Shown: piece after piece, positions 29,327 through 40,546 of the stretch
Layout of the letters: each line of letters begins with the position of its first letter
How positions within the stretch are numbered: position 1 is the stretch's first letter
NCBI GenBank assembly: GCA_963662545.2
Contig: CAXXLL010000002.1
Coordinates: 1,216,001 to 1,280,000, forward strand
Origin: Gammaproteobacteria bacterium
GTDB taxonomy: Bacteria > Pseudomonadota > Gammaproteobacteria > Ga0077536
Length of the DNA: 64,000 nucleotides
Reading direction: 5' to 3'
Notes under the pieces: model-generated
What the model was told of the DNA's origin: nothing
What the model saw: only the letters and a program-made list of their open reading frames with translations
Database searches by the model: none
Made by a program: the position numbers and the translations under genes

Positions 29327-31242
29327 TCATCACGACCGCTGGACACGTCGACCATGGCAAGACGCTGCTGGTCAAGGCGCTGACTGGCGTCGATACCGAT
29401 CGCCTCCCCGAAGAAAAGAAGCGCGGGTTGACGATCGAACTCGGCTTTGCCTATCGCGATCTCGGCGATGGCGAGACCACCGGCTTTATCGACGTGCCCG
29501 GCCACGAGCGGTTCATTCGTACCATGGTGGCGGGCGTTAGCGGGATCGACGTCGTGCTCTTCGTCATCGCGGCCGACGACGGTCCCATGCCGCAGACGGC
29601 CGAGCACCTGGCGATCCTCGATCTGCTGGATGTCCGCCGGGGTGTTGTCGCGCTAAGCAAGATCGATCGAGTGGATAGCGAACGCGTCGACGAGGTGTCT
29701 GATGCGATGCGCGAGATGATGGAGCCCACAGGACTTGCCGGGAGTCCCATCGTGCCGGTGTCTGCGATGAAGGGTACGGGCGTAGATGCATTGCGCGCGG
29801 CGATCCTCGATCTCAAAAAGGATCTACCGGCGCGTTCCCAGGACGGCAATTTTCGGCTGGCCATCGATCGCAGTTTCCTGCTCAAGGGCACGGGACGCGT
29901 AGTTACGGGCACGGTTTTTTCGGGCAAGCTCAGCGTGGGTGGATCGGTCCACCACGTACCGAGCGGCGGCGAGCTCAGGGTGCGCGCCATCCACGCGCAG
30001 AACAGTGATGCCGATGCGGCCCTCAACGGGCAGCGTTGTGCGCTCAACATCACGGGAGCCGGGTTGCGCGAGGCGGAGATCCATCGCGGCGACTGGATCG
30101 TGGCGGCGGGCGCCGCGTTCGCGACCAAACGTTTCGACGCGAACATCCACGTGCTCGAAAGTGAAGCGCGCGCGTTGCGCAATCGTACGCCCGTGCACGT
30201 TCACGTAGGCGCGACCGATACCATTGGCCGCGTCGTCACCTTGGACGGCAATGCCATACAAGCGGGCGGAGAAGGGCGGGTGCAGATCATGCTCGAGCGC
30301 GAGATCCACGCCGTGCGCGGCGATGCCGTTATTCTCCGCGACCAGTCCGCGCGCCGCACGATGGGCGGCGGCCGCGTCCTCGACCCGCTCCCGATCGTGC
30401 GGGGACGCACGCGCGCCGTGCGCATGGCCTATCTCGATGCGATGGCGTTGGAGAATGCCGGCGCTGCTGCCCGGCGCAGCCTCGATTGCCTGCCGGAAGG
30501 CATCGAACTCGAGCGGTTCGCGCATTCATGGAACCTGACGGCCGGGCAGGCGGGCGAACTCTTCGACGGGTTGCCGATGATGTCAATCAGGTCGTCCGCC
30601 GGCACCGTCGGCATACCGGCTGAGCGGTGGCAATCCTTGAAGTCCGGCGTGCTGGACGCGCTGCAAGCCATGCATGAGGAAGCGCCCGATCACAAGGGCG
30701 CGACCGAAGCCTCGCTCGCCCGGGCACTGCCAATGCCGCCTTCCGCGGACCTCTTGAACGCTGTCCTCGCCGAGTTGATCGAAGACCGCGCGATCGTGCG
30801 CGAAGCCGGCGCGTTCCGCCTGCCAGGCTATACGCCGACGCGCTCGCCGCAGGACGAAGCGCTGTGGCAACGGATTCATCCTCTGCTCGATCCATCTGAC
30901 CTGAAGGTGCCGGTGGTGCACGACATGCTGGATTCGCTGGGCATGAAGTTCGAAGACTTGCGGGACTTTCTCGACCGCTCCGCGCAGCAGGCTTACCTGG
31001 TCAAGGTGAACGCCAAGCGCTATTTTCTACCGGCGACGATGAAACGCCTGGTGGCGATCGTTCGTGATCTCGTGCAGGCTAATCCTGATGGCGTGTTCAG
31101 TGTTGCCGACTACCGCAACCTGTCGGGGATCGGGCGTAACGCCGTGGTCGATATCCTCGAATACTTCGATCGCATCGGGTACACGCGCCGGCACGGACCG
31201 GTGAGAAAAATACTCGATCCTTCGCGCGTCGACGGCGGTTGA
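29323..31242 (+). CDS. selB: Selenocysteine-specific elongation factor
   Basis: [35 protein letters not shown]-terminal winged helix [16 protein letters not shown]; 4-nt overlap with selA. Confidence 0.97.
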   Translation: MIITTAGHVDHGKTLLVKALTGVDTDRLPEEKKRGLTIELGFAYRDLGDGETTGFIDVPGHERFIRTMVAGVSGIDVVLFVIAADDGPMPQTAEHLAILDLLDVRRGVVALSKIDRVDSERVDEVSDAMREMMEPTGLAGSPIVPVSAMKGTGVDALRAAILDLKKDLPARSQDGNFRLAIDRSFLLKGTGRVVTGTVFSGKLSVGGSVHHVPSGGELRVRAIHAQNSDADAALNGQRCALNITGAGLREAEIHRGDWIVAAGAAFATKRFDANIHVLESEARALRNRTPVHVHVGATDTIGRVVTLDGNAIQAGGEGRVQIMLEREIHAVRGDAVILRDQSARRTMGGGRVLDPLPIVRGRTRAVRMAYLDAMALENAGAAARRSLDCLPEGIELERFAHSWNLTAGQAGELFDGLPMMSIRSSAGTVGIPAERWQSLKSGVLDALQAMHEEAPDHKGATEASLARALPMPPSADLLNAVLAELIEDRAIVREAGAFRLPGYTPTRSPQDEALWQRIHPLLDPSDLKVPVVHDMLDSLGMKFEDLRDFLDRSAQQAYLVKVNAKRYFLPATMKRLVAIVRDLVQANPDGVFSVADYRNLSGIGRNAVVDILEYFDRIGYTRRHGPVRKILDPSRVDGG

Positions 31243-31290
31243 ACGGCTGCCGATGCCCGGCGTCGCCTTGAGCACCCTTGGGGAGAACGA

Positions 31291-32530
31291 ATGAGTCGGA
31301 CTATTTCGGTAGATACCACAGCCGGACCGGTCGCGGGCACCTGTGATACGCGCTTCGCAGCGGTATCGGAAACCTTCATCGAAAACTTCGAAAAGCGCGA
31401 CGAGATCGGCGCCAGTGTTTCGATCACCCTCGACGACCGGAAGGTGGTCGATCTGTGGGGCGGCCGGAAGACCCCGGACGGGGACCCCTGGCAGGAAGAC
31501 ACGGTGTGTACTGTGTTTTCATCGACCAAGGGCGCGATGTCGCTCTGCGCACACCTGCTGGCGGATCGCGGCGTGCTCGATCTCGACGCCCCGGTGACCG
31601 ATTACTGGCCCGAGTTCGCGGCCGGCGGCAAGGAAGGCACGCTGGTGTCGATGACGCTCGATCACAGCGCGGGCGTCCCGCACTTGCGAGAGCCCGTGCG
31701 CGCAGGCGGTTTCTACGACTACGCTTATATGGTCGAGCGCGTAGCCAACGAGTCGGCTTTTTGGACGCCCGGTACGCGCATCGGCTACCACGGCTTTACG
31801 ATGGCGTGGACCGTGGGAGAGGTCATTCACCGCGCGGCTAAAGAGCGCCTGGGCGCGTTTTTCCAAGAGCAACTTGCGGGTCCCCTCGGCCTCGAATTCT
31901 GGATCGGCTTGCCGGCTGTCTTCGAATCCCGGGTGGCACCGATGATTCAGGCCGAGCCGGACGAGCCCTGGATGGCGACGCGCTTCATCCAGGCAGCGCT
32001 CAATGAGCCGGAATCCACGACGTTTTACTTCATGCGTGACTTTCCGTTGCTCGAGGTCAACACGCGCGAATGTCATGCGGCGGAGGTCGGATCGGCCAAC
32101 GGCATTGCGAATGGCCGCGCGCTGGCCGGCCTCTACGCGCCACTCGCCAATGGCGGTATGTGCGACGGTACCCGTCTCGTCGGGACGGACACGCTCGCGC
32201 GCATGGCGAGAGTCAGCATGGCCTCGCATGACGACGCGACCCTCCTGATGCCAACGCGGTTCGGGCTCGGTTTCATGCGTGGGGTGGACAACCGGCGGGT
32301 AGCAGCGACAGTCAATTCCAGCCTCTTGCTTCGGCGAGTCGGCGTTCGGCCATGTCGGCGCCGGCGGTTCGGTCGGGTTCGCCGATCCCGACTGCCGGAT
32401 GAGTTTCGGCTACACCATGAACCGCATGGGCACGGGGTTGTTGATGAACGAGCGTGGGCAGTCCCTGATCGACGCCGCCTATTCCGCGCTCGGCTACCGC
32501 TCGAACGCGAGCGGTGCCTGGCTGACGTAG
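31291..32530 (+). CDS. Serine hydrolase (beta-lactamase-related esterase), frameshifted near 32330
   Basis: FSSTK (SxxK), GYHG; after a one-base shift reads AFGHVGAGGSVGFADPD...GAWLT-stop (TAG 32528-32530). Confidence 0.85.
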
Positions 32531-32579
32531 AGGCACCGCTCCAACGCCTGACCCAATTTCCTTACTGAGACTTCGAGGC

Positions 32580-32650
32580 GGAACGGCATCGCCTCCCGGT
32601 GGGTCCCCTGGACTTCAAATTCGGTGGAACGCGCGAAGACGTGTTCGGGC
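32580..32650 (+). pseudogene. Degenerate 5' fragment of tRNA-Sec (no T arm or acceptor 3' strand)
   Basis: GGAACGGCATCGCCTCCCGGTGGG...GGACTTCAAATTCGGTGGAACGCGCGAAG aligns with 51634-51704; TCA anticodon at 32615-32617. Confidence 0.8.
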
Positions 32651-32669
32651 TAAATTACGGCACGCTCCT

Positions 32670-33905
32670 TCATTCTCGCCGGAGCGCTTCGATGGGATTC
32701 ATGTTGGACGCCTGTATGGCAGGATATAGACCGGAAAATATGCCGATCGCGCCTGAAAACAGAACCGCCCCGATGAGCGAGACAAGGTCGATCCTGACCT
32801 GCCATCCGGTAATGCCTCCCACAATGTATGCGATCACGACGCCTAGTGCAGCGCCGGCAAAGCCCCCTACGATGGTGACCCCTGCTGCTTCGGCTAGAAA
32901 CTGTCGGCGAATATCTTTCTTGCGGGCACCGACGGATATACGAATCCCGATTTCCCGCGTTCGCTCCACCACGGACACCAACATGATATTCATCACGCTG
33001 ATGCCGCCGACAACAAGCGAGACGGCGGCAACGCACGCCAACAAGATCGTCAAGGTTTTTGACGCTTCTTTGCGCGCAGACAAAGCCGCAGCCGGATCGC
33101 GAACGAGGAAATCGTTATCTCGGCCGTCCGGAATTCGATGCCTATCCTTCAGAACCCGCTCGACGGAATCCCGGATGTCCGTGAGGCTTACAGATTTCTC
33201 TCCTTTAATTAAAACGAATGCAACAGCCGCCCTATTGACCTGATGATACCCACCCACGAGCCGCGATTTAGCGCTCGACATCGGTACAATCATCACGTCG
33301 TCTTGATCGCCACCGACGACGGAGAAGCCTTTGGGCTCTAGGATCCCGATCACGCGGAAGGGCACGCTACGGACTCTAATTATCGTTTCGAGTATCGCGT
33401 GTTCGGGTGATAATCTTTCGGCTACCGTTTGCCCGATTACGGCGACCTTTGCAGAAGACGCTACCTCCGCGTCCGTAAAGTTGCGGCCCAGTCTGATATC
33501 CTAGTCGCGGACGGCGAGATAACCCGGTTGCGTGCCGGCCAGATTGGTTCGCCAGTTTCTATTGCCGTAAACGGTCCGAACTTTGCCTGTGACGCCTGCA
33601 ACTGCAACTCGAACACCGTAAACTTCTCTTTGAATTGCGGCCGAGTCGGCTTCCGTGAGCGTGTGCTGGCCGCCCGTACCAGAACTCAGGCCGTCAGTCA
33701 TTCGAGTATTTGGTACGACCATTAACATGTTCGATCCGAGGCGCGAAATCTCCGCGTCGATTTGGCTCCTCGCGCCTAAACCGAACGACACCATCGCGAC
33801 GATAGCGGCAACGCCGATGATGATCCCAAGCATTGTCAGGGTCGTGCGGAGCGAGTGTCTCCTCAATGATCCCAGGGCCAGTCCAAGGTGGTCGACAATA
33901 TTCAT
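32670..33905 (-). pseudogene. MacB/FtsX-like ABC permease with in-frame TAG at 33501-33503
   Basis: LTMLGIIIGV...YLAVRD-*-DIRLGRNF...GISVMNIMLVSVVERTREIGIR; both halves in the same frame. Confidence 0.85.
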
Positions 33906-33965
33906 GAGGCTGCAAACGGCCTGGTCACAATATTGGTCCGTTCACGCACACAACGCCCACGTTAG

Positions 33966-34649
33966 TCATAGTCCCTCCTTATTTAAATAGCCGTCTTTCA
34001 ACACAATTCGCTCGTTTGCCCTACCTGCCACATCATCGCTGTGAGTTACGATGATCAAAGTCGTTCCCTGCTCATTCAGATCGCCAAGCAAACGCAAGAT
34101 CTCGTCGCCCGTAACGCTGTCGAGGGATCCGGTCGGTTCATCCGCGAGGATTACCTTGGGGTTGTTGACGATAGCGCGCGCGATGGCGACCCGCTGCTGT
34201 TCACCACCGGACAACTGCGACGGCATATGAGTCGCGCGATGGTCGAGGCCGACCTTCCTGAGCGCTTCGTCAGCGCGGTCTCGGCGATCTTTCGAGCTAG
34301 TACCTGAATAGAGCAGTGGTAATTCGACGTTTTCACGAGCGGAACTTCGCGAAAGCAGCTGAAATGATTGAAATACGAATCCGATCTCTAGATTGCGAAG
34401 CTTTGCAAGCTCGGTACTGGTCAGGGTGTCTAGATCGTGGCCACAGAAGCTGAGTGAACCGCCGAACTCCTTATCGAGAAATCCCATCAGATTGAGTAGT
34501 GTGGATTTTCCCGAGCCGGACGGTCCGGTGATTGCCGTGAATGCACCGGGACGGATAGTAAAAGAGACGTCTATCAATGCCGGAATAATCGCGGTGGATG
34601 GTCCGTATCCCTTGCTGAGACGATTAGCTCGATAAAGAACCTCGGACAC
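33966..34649 (-). CDS. ABC transporter ATP-binding protein (LolD/MacB type)
   Basis: [23 protein letters not shown]. Confidence 0.93.
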   Translation of the reverse strand: MSEVLYRANRLSKGYGPSTAIIPALIDVSFTIRPGAFTAITGPSGSGKSTLLNLMGFLDKEFGGSLSFCGHDLDTLTSTELAKLRNLEIGFVFQSFQLLSRSSARENVELPLLYSGTSSKDRRDRADEALRKVGLDHRATHMPSQLSGGEQQRVAIARAIVNNPKVILADEPTGSLDSVTGDEILRLLGDLNEQGTTLIIVTHSDDVAGRANERIVLKDGYLNKEGL

Positions 34650-34675
34650 TTAAATGCCCCGCCCAGCACAGACCG

Positions 34676-35872
34676 CTAGTGGCGGTACCCAATGATAAGC
34701 TTGTCTCCAGGCGCCAGGCTGCCGGCCAAAACTTCCGTGAATTCACCGTTGGAGTAGCCGATTTCGAGGTTTCGTTGTTCCGGCTCGCCATCGATGCCGA
34801 TTGCCCAAACGGTCACCTTCGCAGAACCTTCCGGTCGCGCCTGGGCAGTACTAGGTTTGCTCATACCCGTCGGCATCTCGAACCGCAATGCCGCGTTCGG
34901 AATCTGGAGTACTTTACGATCTGCCGCGCTGATAATCTCAACCACGGCCGTCATGCCGGGGAGCATGAGCTCGTCCGGATTTTGCGCATCAATCACTACC
35001 GTATAGGTCACCACGTTTTGCACTATTTCCGGCGCCTTGCGTATTTGGCTTACGCGTCCCTCGAAACTTCGTTCTGGGTAAGCATCAACACGAAACACGA
35101 CGGACTGACCGGCGCGGATCTTACCGATGTCTGCCTCATCCACGCTGGCGTGGACTTCGATGAGTTTGAGGTCATGGGCAATGACAAACAGCTCCGGCGC
35201 TTCCAGGCTGGCCGCGACCGTCTGCCCTGGTTCAATGCTCCGCTTTATTACGATGCCGTCGATCGGCGCACGAATCACGGTCCGCTCGAGATCGATTTCA
35301 GCCTGCCTTAGAGACGCCCGTGCCACAGAAATGGCGGCTCGCTTAGTCTGGAGCTGCGCTTGCGACGACAAGACGGCGCTACGACTTTGCCGCTTTCGCG
35401 TGCGCGCCTCGTCCAATAAACTTATCGAGATACTGCCCTTTTCGAACAGCGCCTCCTTTCGAGCAAGGTCACGCTCCGCTTCTTCAAATTCCGCTTCTAC
35501 GCCTTTAAGCGCTGCGGTAGCCGACGCCGCTTCGGCGTTTGCCACCGCAAGCGCCGCGTTCAGTTCCTCGACACGCGAGGCAAACCGTTGGCGATCCAGG
35601 GTGGCAAGCGGTTGTCCATCGGTAACCAGGTCATTGAAGTCGACCGAAACTTGATCGATCCGCCCCGATAGCTGCGAGCTGACTTCGACACTGGTTACCG
35701 TCTGGATGGTGCCGGTCGCTAATACTGAATCCGTCAGGGGGGCTATGCTCGCCTCGGCAGTGGCGAAGACCGGGTCATATCCATCAGGTTTTGAACAGCT
35801 CTGTAATGCCAATAAGGGAAACAGGAAATAGCATGCCCGAATACGTGGTTTTATAAGCGTACGAAGAGTCAA
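34676..35872 (-). CDS. MacA-like efflux periplasmic adaptor (lipoprotein)
   Basis: Lipobox-like LQSC, VEVSSQLSG, IRAPIDG, VDEADIG, LPGMTA. Confidence 0.9.
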   Translation of the reverse strand: MTLRTLIKPRIRACYFLFPLLALQSCSKPDGYDPVFATAEASIAPLTDSVLATGTIQTVTSVEVSSQLSGRIDQVSVDFNDLVTDGQPLATLDRQRFASRVEELNAALAVANAEAASATAALKGVEAEFEEAERDLARKEALFEKGSISISLLDEARTRKRQSRSAVLSSQAQLQTKRAAISVARASLRQAEIDLERTVIRAPIDGIVIKRSIEPGQTVAASLEAPELFVIAHDLKLIEVHASVDEADIGKIRAGQSVVFRVDAYPERSFEGRVSQIRKAPEIVQNVVTYTVVIDAQNPDELMLPGMTAVVEIISAADRKVLQIPNAALRFEMPTGMSKPSTAQARPEGSAKVTVWAIGIDGEPEQRNLEIGYSNGEFTEVLAGSLAPGDKLIIGYRH

Positions 35873-36307
35873 CAGCGGCTTCGCGCTCTATTTCGTTTCG
35901 GAATCCGCACAAATCGCCCGGACCTTGGACGCTATCCTAAAGCAAAATTGCGTTCCGATTCTTCCAGGCGCCGTCGCGATCCATCACTTGGGTGGCATGG
36001 CTGATGGATCTCAGAGATTGCGCTACTCTCAAGATAATAATCGCGACTCGCGCGGCGCGCTGTCAACGCAGCAATTAACCACCGCGATACCTTGGAAATG
36101 AGGTCGAAACGTGCAATTGCTCAGACCAAAATATTCATGCCTCCACAAGATTTGGGGAGCTTGGGCGTCTCTACGAGCAGGACTGTCTTTCGTTCTTGCT
36201 GAGATCTTTACGGCCGCACAGAACGCAGCGATCGAGAGGTTATGGGAACGGATGGAAAAGAATGGCTCCCGAAGGAGCCATTCTCTACGAGTCATCTTTG
36301 CAGTCTA

Positions 36308-36673
36308 TTAATGCGTCCTATCCGGTATACCAAAATCGGCAAATGCCTCTTCGCAGCCAAAGCCGGGGGGCGAGGCCACCGTGTCCAGCGCGAAGAACAA
36401 GCTTATCGCCGGCGTCGCACCCGGCCCGTCACCAGGAAAAAATGCCGGGTTCTGCCAGAACGTACCCAGACCCTTCTCACCAATCGAGACTAGAAATGGG
36501 TGGAGGCCGCTATTTATAAACCCTAATCCATGTCCCTGGCAGGTCGGGTGTTCAGCAGCGTTTGAGGAACCCTTGCCCGCTCCCGGGGTCCCAGCCTTGC
36601 CACCAGCGATTGCACTTCCAGCAAAGAACATGGCGCCGACGAGCGTCAATACTGCGATTAATTTATTAGTCAT
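36308..36673 (-). CDS. Hypothetical secreted protein
   Basis: MTNKLIAVLTLVGAMFFAGSAIA signal peptide; RBS GGGAG; two Cys. Confidence 0.65.
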   Translation of the reverse strand: MTNKLIAVLTLVGAMFFAGSAIAGGKAGTPGAGKGSSNAAEHPTCQGHGLGFINSGLHPFLVSIGEKGLGTFWQNPAFFPGDGPGATPAISLFFALDTVASPPGFGCEEAFADFGIPDRTH

Positions 36674-36839
36674 TACACACTCCCTATGGGTGAATAAAGG
36701 AACAAGCCAATGAGACCAGTTTTCTGATTCACTAAGGGTGAGTTCCTCATTCCCCGATATTCGTTCACACATTGATTGCCTGGCCGTCGGGTACGAAGGC
36801 AGGGACTGCTGCCAGGTGCTGTAGCTCGTTGATTCCGTG

Positions 36840-36905
36840 GGACTTCAAATCCGGTGGAACACGCGAAGGCGTATGCAGTGGGTTCGACTCTCAGTTCTTT
36901 CGCCA
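36840..36905 (+). pseudogene. Degenerate 3' fragment of tRNA-Sec (att-like scar)
   Basis: GGACTTCAAATCCGGTGGAACACGCGAAGG...GGTTCGACTCTCAGTTCTTTCGCCA aligns with 51664-51729. Confidence 0.82.
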
Positions 36906-37096
36906 AATCCCTGAGAGCTGATTCTTGAGACTCTAAGCTCCTCCCGCGAGACACACCTTGGCGGGAGATCCACCGATCTTTCCACCTCACGTAGCAGTAA
37001 TTGACTACTGAGCGGCCCTACGTCCGGGTTGTTCATAACCGCTCCGCACCATGACCGCTGAGTCGGTCTGGGCCGCTCCGCCGAGTGACTGCCGGC

Positions 37097-37128
37097 TTGA
37101 CCCTGAAGTACACTTCAAGGTCTATTCT
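37097..37128 (+). promoter_or_regulatory. MerR-family promoter/operator
   Basis: TTGACC-N20-TATTCT with dyad CCCTGAAGT-AC-ACTTCAAGG in the long spacer. Confidence 0.75.
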
Positions 37129-37147
37129 GTCATCGGAGATGAAAATC

Positions 37148-37573
37148 ATGACTTATCTCAACATCGGTCAAATCGCTAAACGTACGGGTGTGACGGTCGA
37201 GGCGATCCGATTCTATGAAAAACAGGCGCTTCTTCCCGAGCCCCGGCGTAGTGCGTCGGGTTACCGACAATATCTCCCAGAGACAGCGAAACGCGTGCGG
37301 TTCATCCAGCGCGCCAAGGAACTCGGATTTTCGCTGAAAGAAGTCAATGCACTTCTATCATTACGCGATACACAGGATGGCTCCTGTGCCGATGTGAAGG
37401 TTCAGGCGTTGCAGAAAGTATCCGAGATTGAGCAAAAAATACGTGACCTAAATCGAATCCGCGACGCTCTAACGGAATTAGCGGAGAAATGCGGTGGCAG
37501 GGGCGATCTCAGTGAGTGCCCAATCTTGGACGCGCTCGATGAGATTGAGGATTTTGCCGATGGTTCGAGTTGA
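37148..37573 (+). CDS. MerR-family heavy-metal-responsive regulator
   Basis: IGQIAK..IRFYE, SGYRQY, GFSLKE; Cys in GSCADV and KCGGRGDLSECPIL. Confidence 0.92.
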   Translation: MTYLNIGQIAKRTGVTVEAIRFYEKQALLPEPRRSASGYRQYLPETAKRVRFIQRAKELGFSLKEVNALLSLRDTQDGSCADVKVQALQKVSEIEQKIRDLNRIRDALTELAEKCGGRGDLSECPILDALDEIEDFADGSS

Positions 37574-37755
37574 ACGGATCTACGAACGCACTTGCGCCAA
37601 TACCGGAGCCGCTAGGAATCAACGATTACAAGTTATGGCCGCATACCCGGCGTCAATCAGATTGCCTTGGCGTCGGATTATTGATCGGCGCATCACTTTG
37701 GAATACGTGGTCGCGACGCCTCAAACACGGAATTGTCAACTGAATTAGGAGAAAA

Positions 37756-38031
37756 GTGATGAGTGAGAAACGGCAGATTGAAATATTCAGCGCGGGCTGC
37801 TCGATTTGCAAGCACACCATTGATCTTGTCAACGAGATCACTTGTCCCTCCTGCGAGGTCACGGTGCTTGATATGCAAGACAAGTCGATTGCCGATCGCG
37901 CACGCGACCTCGGCATCAAATCGATTCCTGCGGTAGTAATCGACGGCAAGGTGGCCGATTGTTGTGCGGGACGTGGCGTGAATGCCGATACATTACGCGC
38001 CGCCGGCATTGGTCAGCCGCTTGGCGATTAA
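37756..38031 (+). CDS. Small thioredoxin/glutaredoxin-like protein
   Basis: IEIFSAGCSIC, IPAVVIDGKVADCC. Confidence 0.85.
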   Translation: MMSEKRQIEIFSAGCSICKHTIDLVNEITCPSCEVTVLDMQDKSIADRARDLGIKSIPAVVIDGKVADCCAGRGVNADTLRAAGIGQPLGD

Positions 38032-38136
38032 GGTCGCGCGAATCGATCTTTGCGTGCCAGCTTAAAGCTTTTGCCAAGTGGCTACGTAGGAAAATGACAG
38101 GCGATAAATCCCGATAGCAAGCGTTAAGAAAATTCG

Positions 38137-38349
38137 ATGTCTGAGCTCATCTTGCAATCGACGATCACGTGCCCGACGTGTGGGCATAAAAAGGAGGAAA
38201 CCATGCCGACCGATTCCTGTACGCGGTTCTTCCAGTGTGAGTCATGCGAATCATTACTGAAACCGTTCCCCGGCGACTGTTGTGTTTTCTGTTCTTATGG
38301 CTCTGTTAAATGTCCGCCGATTCAGGCCGGAGATTCTTGGGGTGCCTGA
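38137..38349 (+). CDS. GDCCVxC-motif Cys-rich protein (Cys form)
   Basis: STITCPTCGH..EETMPTDSC..C..C..LKP..GDCCVFCSYG. Confidence 0.88.
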   Translation: MSELILQSTITCPTCGHKKEETMPTDSCTRFFQCESCESLLKPFPGDCCVFCSYGSVKCPPIQAGDSWGA

Positions 38350-38719
38350 TAATTCGAGTGCGCCTAATGATTTAGTGCTTTCCAGGGCTTCTTGGTTTTT
38401 GTGGGGTATCCCCATGGCCTTGGGCGTTTCCGCAATATTTTGGTCGCTTGGGCGACCGTATTTGCTAGCCGTCGCATTTACGTGGGCGGGCTTAGCCTGT
38501 GTCGTGAACGCAAAACGCTGCGGACGCTTCCACTGTCACCTTACGGGTCCGCTATATCTGGGCCTCGGTTTGGTGTCTGGGTTAACGGGTCTGGGGATAT
38601 TGAACACCGACTGGAACTGGATCGGGCTGATATTCGCGATGGGAACCTTTATTGCTTACTTGCCGGAGTTTATCGGCTGGCGATACGTTCGGCGCCGATC
38701 GAGCGACGGTGCAGCCTAA
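38342..38719 (+). CDS. Small membrane protein with CGRxHC motif (probably metal-related)
   Basis: Four hydrophobic segments; ACVVNAKRCGRFHCHLTGP; lies in the MerR operon. Confidence 0.7.
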   Translation: MPDNSSAPNDLVLSRASWFLWGIPMALGVSAIFWSLGRPYLLAVAFTWAGLACVVNAKRCGRFHCHLTGPLYLGLGLVSGLTGLGILNTDWNWIGLIFAMGTFIAYLPEFIGWRYVRRRSSDGAA

Positions 38720-38797
38720 GAGCCTGCTCTGTCTAGGGGTGTGACTGGACCTGCGTATAAACGAAGACCCCATGTTCACGAATCACGAAGCATTCTG

Positions 38798-40273
38798 TCA
38801 GCCGATTACTTTAACTTCGTAGTCCTCCGCGCCGGCCTCCATCGTACGCTCGGTGAATGCATCCATGGAATGCGGCCACTGGGTCACCAGCCGTCCTGAA
38901 CTCGCGCGATAGTAGAAGTCGTTACCGCACTCGGCCTGCCACACGTCGACGGTGTTGATGTCTTTCTGGATCTGCTCATTGAAAGCAGCCATGACCGTAG
39001 GGCGAAGGTCAATCCAGACAATATTTTCATCGTCCATGCGTTTGAGTTGGCGCGTAATGTATTCGACCTGCCGCTCCAGCATGAAAAGAATGCAACCTTG
39101 ATTGGTGTTGGGTCCGTAGAGCATGAAGAGGTTCGGAAATCCGCTCGTCGTCATCCCGTAATACGCTTGAGCACCATCGCTCCAGGCGTCCTCGAGGCGC
39201 CGGCCGTTACGTCCGGTTACATCGAGAGCGGTAAGGTAAGTCGTGGTTTCGAATCCGGTCGAGTAGATGATGGTGTCGACTTCGCGGGCTTCACCATCGG
39301 CTGTGACGATCGAATTGGCCGTGATGCGTTCGATGTTTTCGGTCAGGAGTTCGACGTTGTCGCGATTGAACACCGGATAATAAACATCGGAAAACAACGG
39401 GCGCTTACAGCCAAAGGGATGATTGGGCGTCAGCTTTCGGCGCACATCGGGGTCTTTTACAACTTCAATCCGTTCCAGTCCCGCCTTCTCAATTTCGGCC
39501 AATACTGCCTTGTCCTTAAACGTGCACAGCGTGTTCCACGTTTTAAAGATTTCTTCGCGACTTTCCATCACGGCATCCGGGTTTTGACGAAAGTGCTGCC
39601 GCTCCTTTTTCGTATAAGGCGTATTAGGCTTGGGCACTACCCAGTTCGCCGTGCGCTGATAAAGGTGCAGTTGTCCGACGATAGGCGCGATCTCCGGAAC
39701 GAACTGGATCGCGCTCGCCGCGATACCGATAACGCCGACGCGCTCACCGTTGAGATCATGATCGTGATTCCAGCGCGCTGAATGAAAACACGTGCCTTCG
39801 AATTCATCGACGCCGGGTATGGCCGGCATGACCAGTTTATTGAACATACCGAGAGCACTGATGACACATTGAGCTTCGAGCTGCTCTCCCGATTCGGTGG
39901 TCAGGCGCCAGTGTTCCTGGTCATCGCGCCAGTGTGCGGCGGTAACCGCGGTATTGAAGCGGACATGAGCCCGTACTCCATACTTATCCGCGCAGTCATT
40001 GAGATAGATGAGGATCTCTTCCTGCCCCGCGAACGGCCGCGACCAATCATTTTTCTGCTCGAACGAAAACGAATAGAGATGGGATTGAACATCGCAACCG
40101 GCCCCCGGATAACGATTCCAGTACCACGTGCCGCCGATATCGTCCGCTTTCTCCAGAATCACGAAATCCTCGATACCGGCATTTTTCAGGCTGATCCCCA
40201 TACAGATGCCGGCCGATCCCGCTCCGATGATGATCAAGCGATGTCGATTGCTCTGCGCCACCTTGCCCTCCAC
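38798..40273 (-). CDS. Flavin-containing monooxygenase (BVMO family)
   Basis: GAGSAG, GGTWYWNRYPG, FEGTCFHSARW, GCKRPL. Confidence 0.92.
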   Translation of the reverse strand: MEGKVAQSNRHRLIIIGAGSAGICMGISLKNAGIEDFVILEKADDIGGTWYWNRYPGAGCDVQSHLYSFSFEQKNDWSRPFAGQEEILIYLNDCADKYGVRAHVRFNTAVTAAHWRDDQEHWRLTTESGEQLEAQCVISALGMFNKLVMPAIPGVDEFEGTCFHSARWNHDHDLNGERVGVIGIAASAIQFVPEIAPIVGQLHLYQRTANWVVPKPNTPYTKKERQHFRQNPDAVMESREEIFKTWNTLCTFKDKAVLAEIEKAGLERIEVVKDPDVRRKLTPNHPFGCKRPLFSDVYYPVFNRDNVELLTENIERITANSIVTADGEAREVDTIIYSTGFETTTYLTALDVTGRNGRRLEDAWSDGAQAYYGMTTSGFPNLFMLYGPNTNQGCILFMLERQVEYITRQLKRMDDENIVWIDLRPTVMAAFNEQIQKDINTVDVWQAECGNDFYYRASSGRLVTQWPHSMDAFTERTMEAGAEDYEVKVIG

Positions 40274-40470
40274 CCTGCGTATTTGCGTTTCCGTAACTGC
40301 GACAACGCAACTATAAATAACTGTCGGCCTGATTGCACCATCGAAGCTTAGAATTAGCGGGGCTAGACGATGCCGGAGTCGGGCACCGTACTATATGGCG
40401 AGCCTGAGCGCGAAGATTTTGGGGTGACAAGACTAAGCACGAAGGACACGGCGAACACCAAGAAAATAGA

Positions 40471-40546
40471 TTAACCACAGAGATCACAGAGCTTATCTAT
40501 TAAATATTGGGTATTTCTCTGTGCACTCTGTGATCTCTGTGGTTAA
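40471..40546. repeat. Perfect 21-bp inverted repeat with internal 9-bp periodicity
   Basis: TTAACCACAGAGATCACAGAG ... CTCTGTGCA-CTCTGTGATCTCTGTGGTTAA. Confidence 0.8.

Noticed and set aside
32320-32345. Programmed frameshift in the serine hydrolase
   Set aside because: No slippery sequence; a single extra base is more simply an error or mutation
33501-33503. Pyrrolysine or amber recoding in the permease
   Set aside because: No pyl genes in the window; the position fits a TGG-to-TAG nonsense change at a non-catalytic site
32580-36905. Split (trans-spliced) tRNA-Sec from the two fragments
   Set aside because: The fragments overlap by ~40 nt, have broken stems and no complementary leaders, and an intact selC exists; att scars explain them better
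38137-38352. GDCCVxC protein as a fourth selenoprotein
   Set aside because: All motif positions are Cys codons; the terminal TGA is immediately followed by TAA
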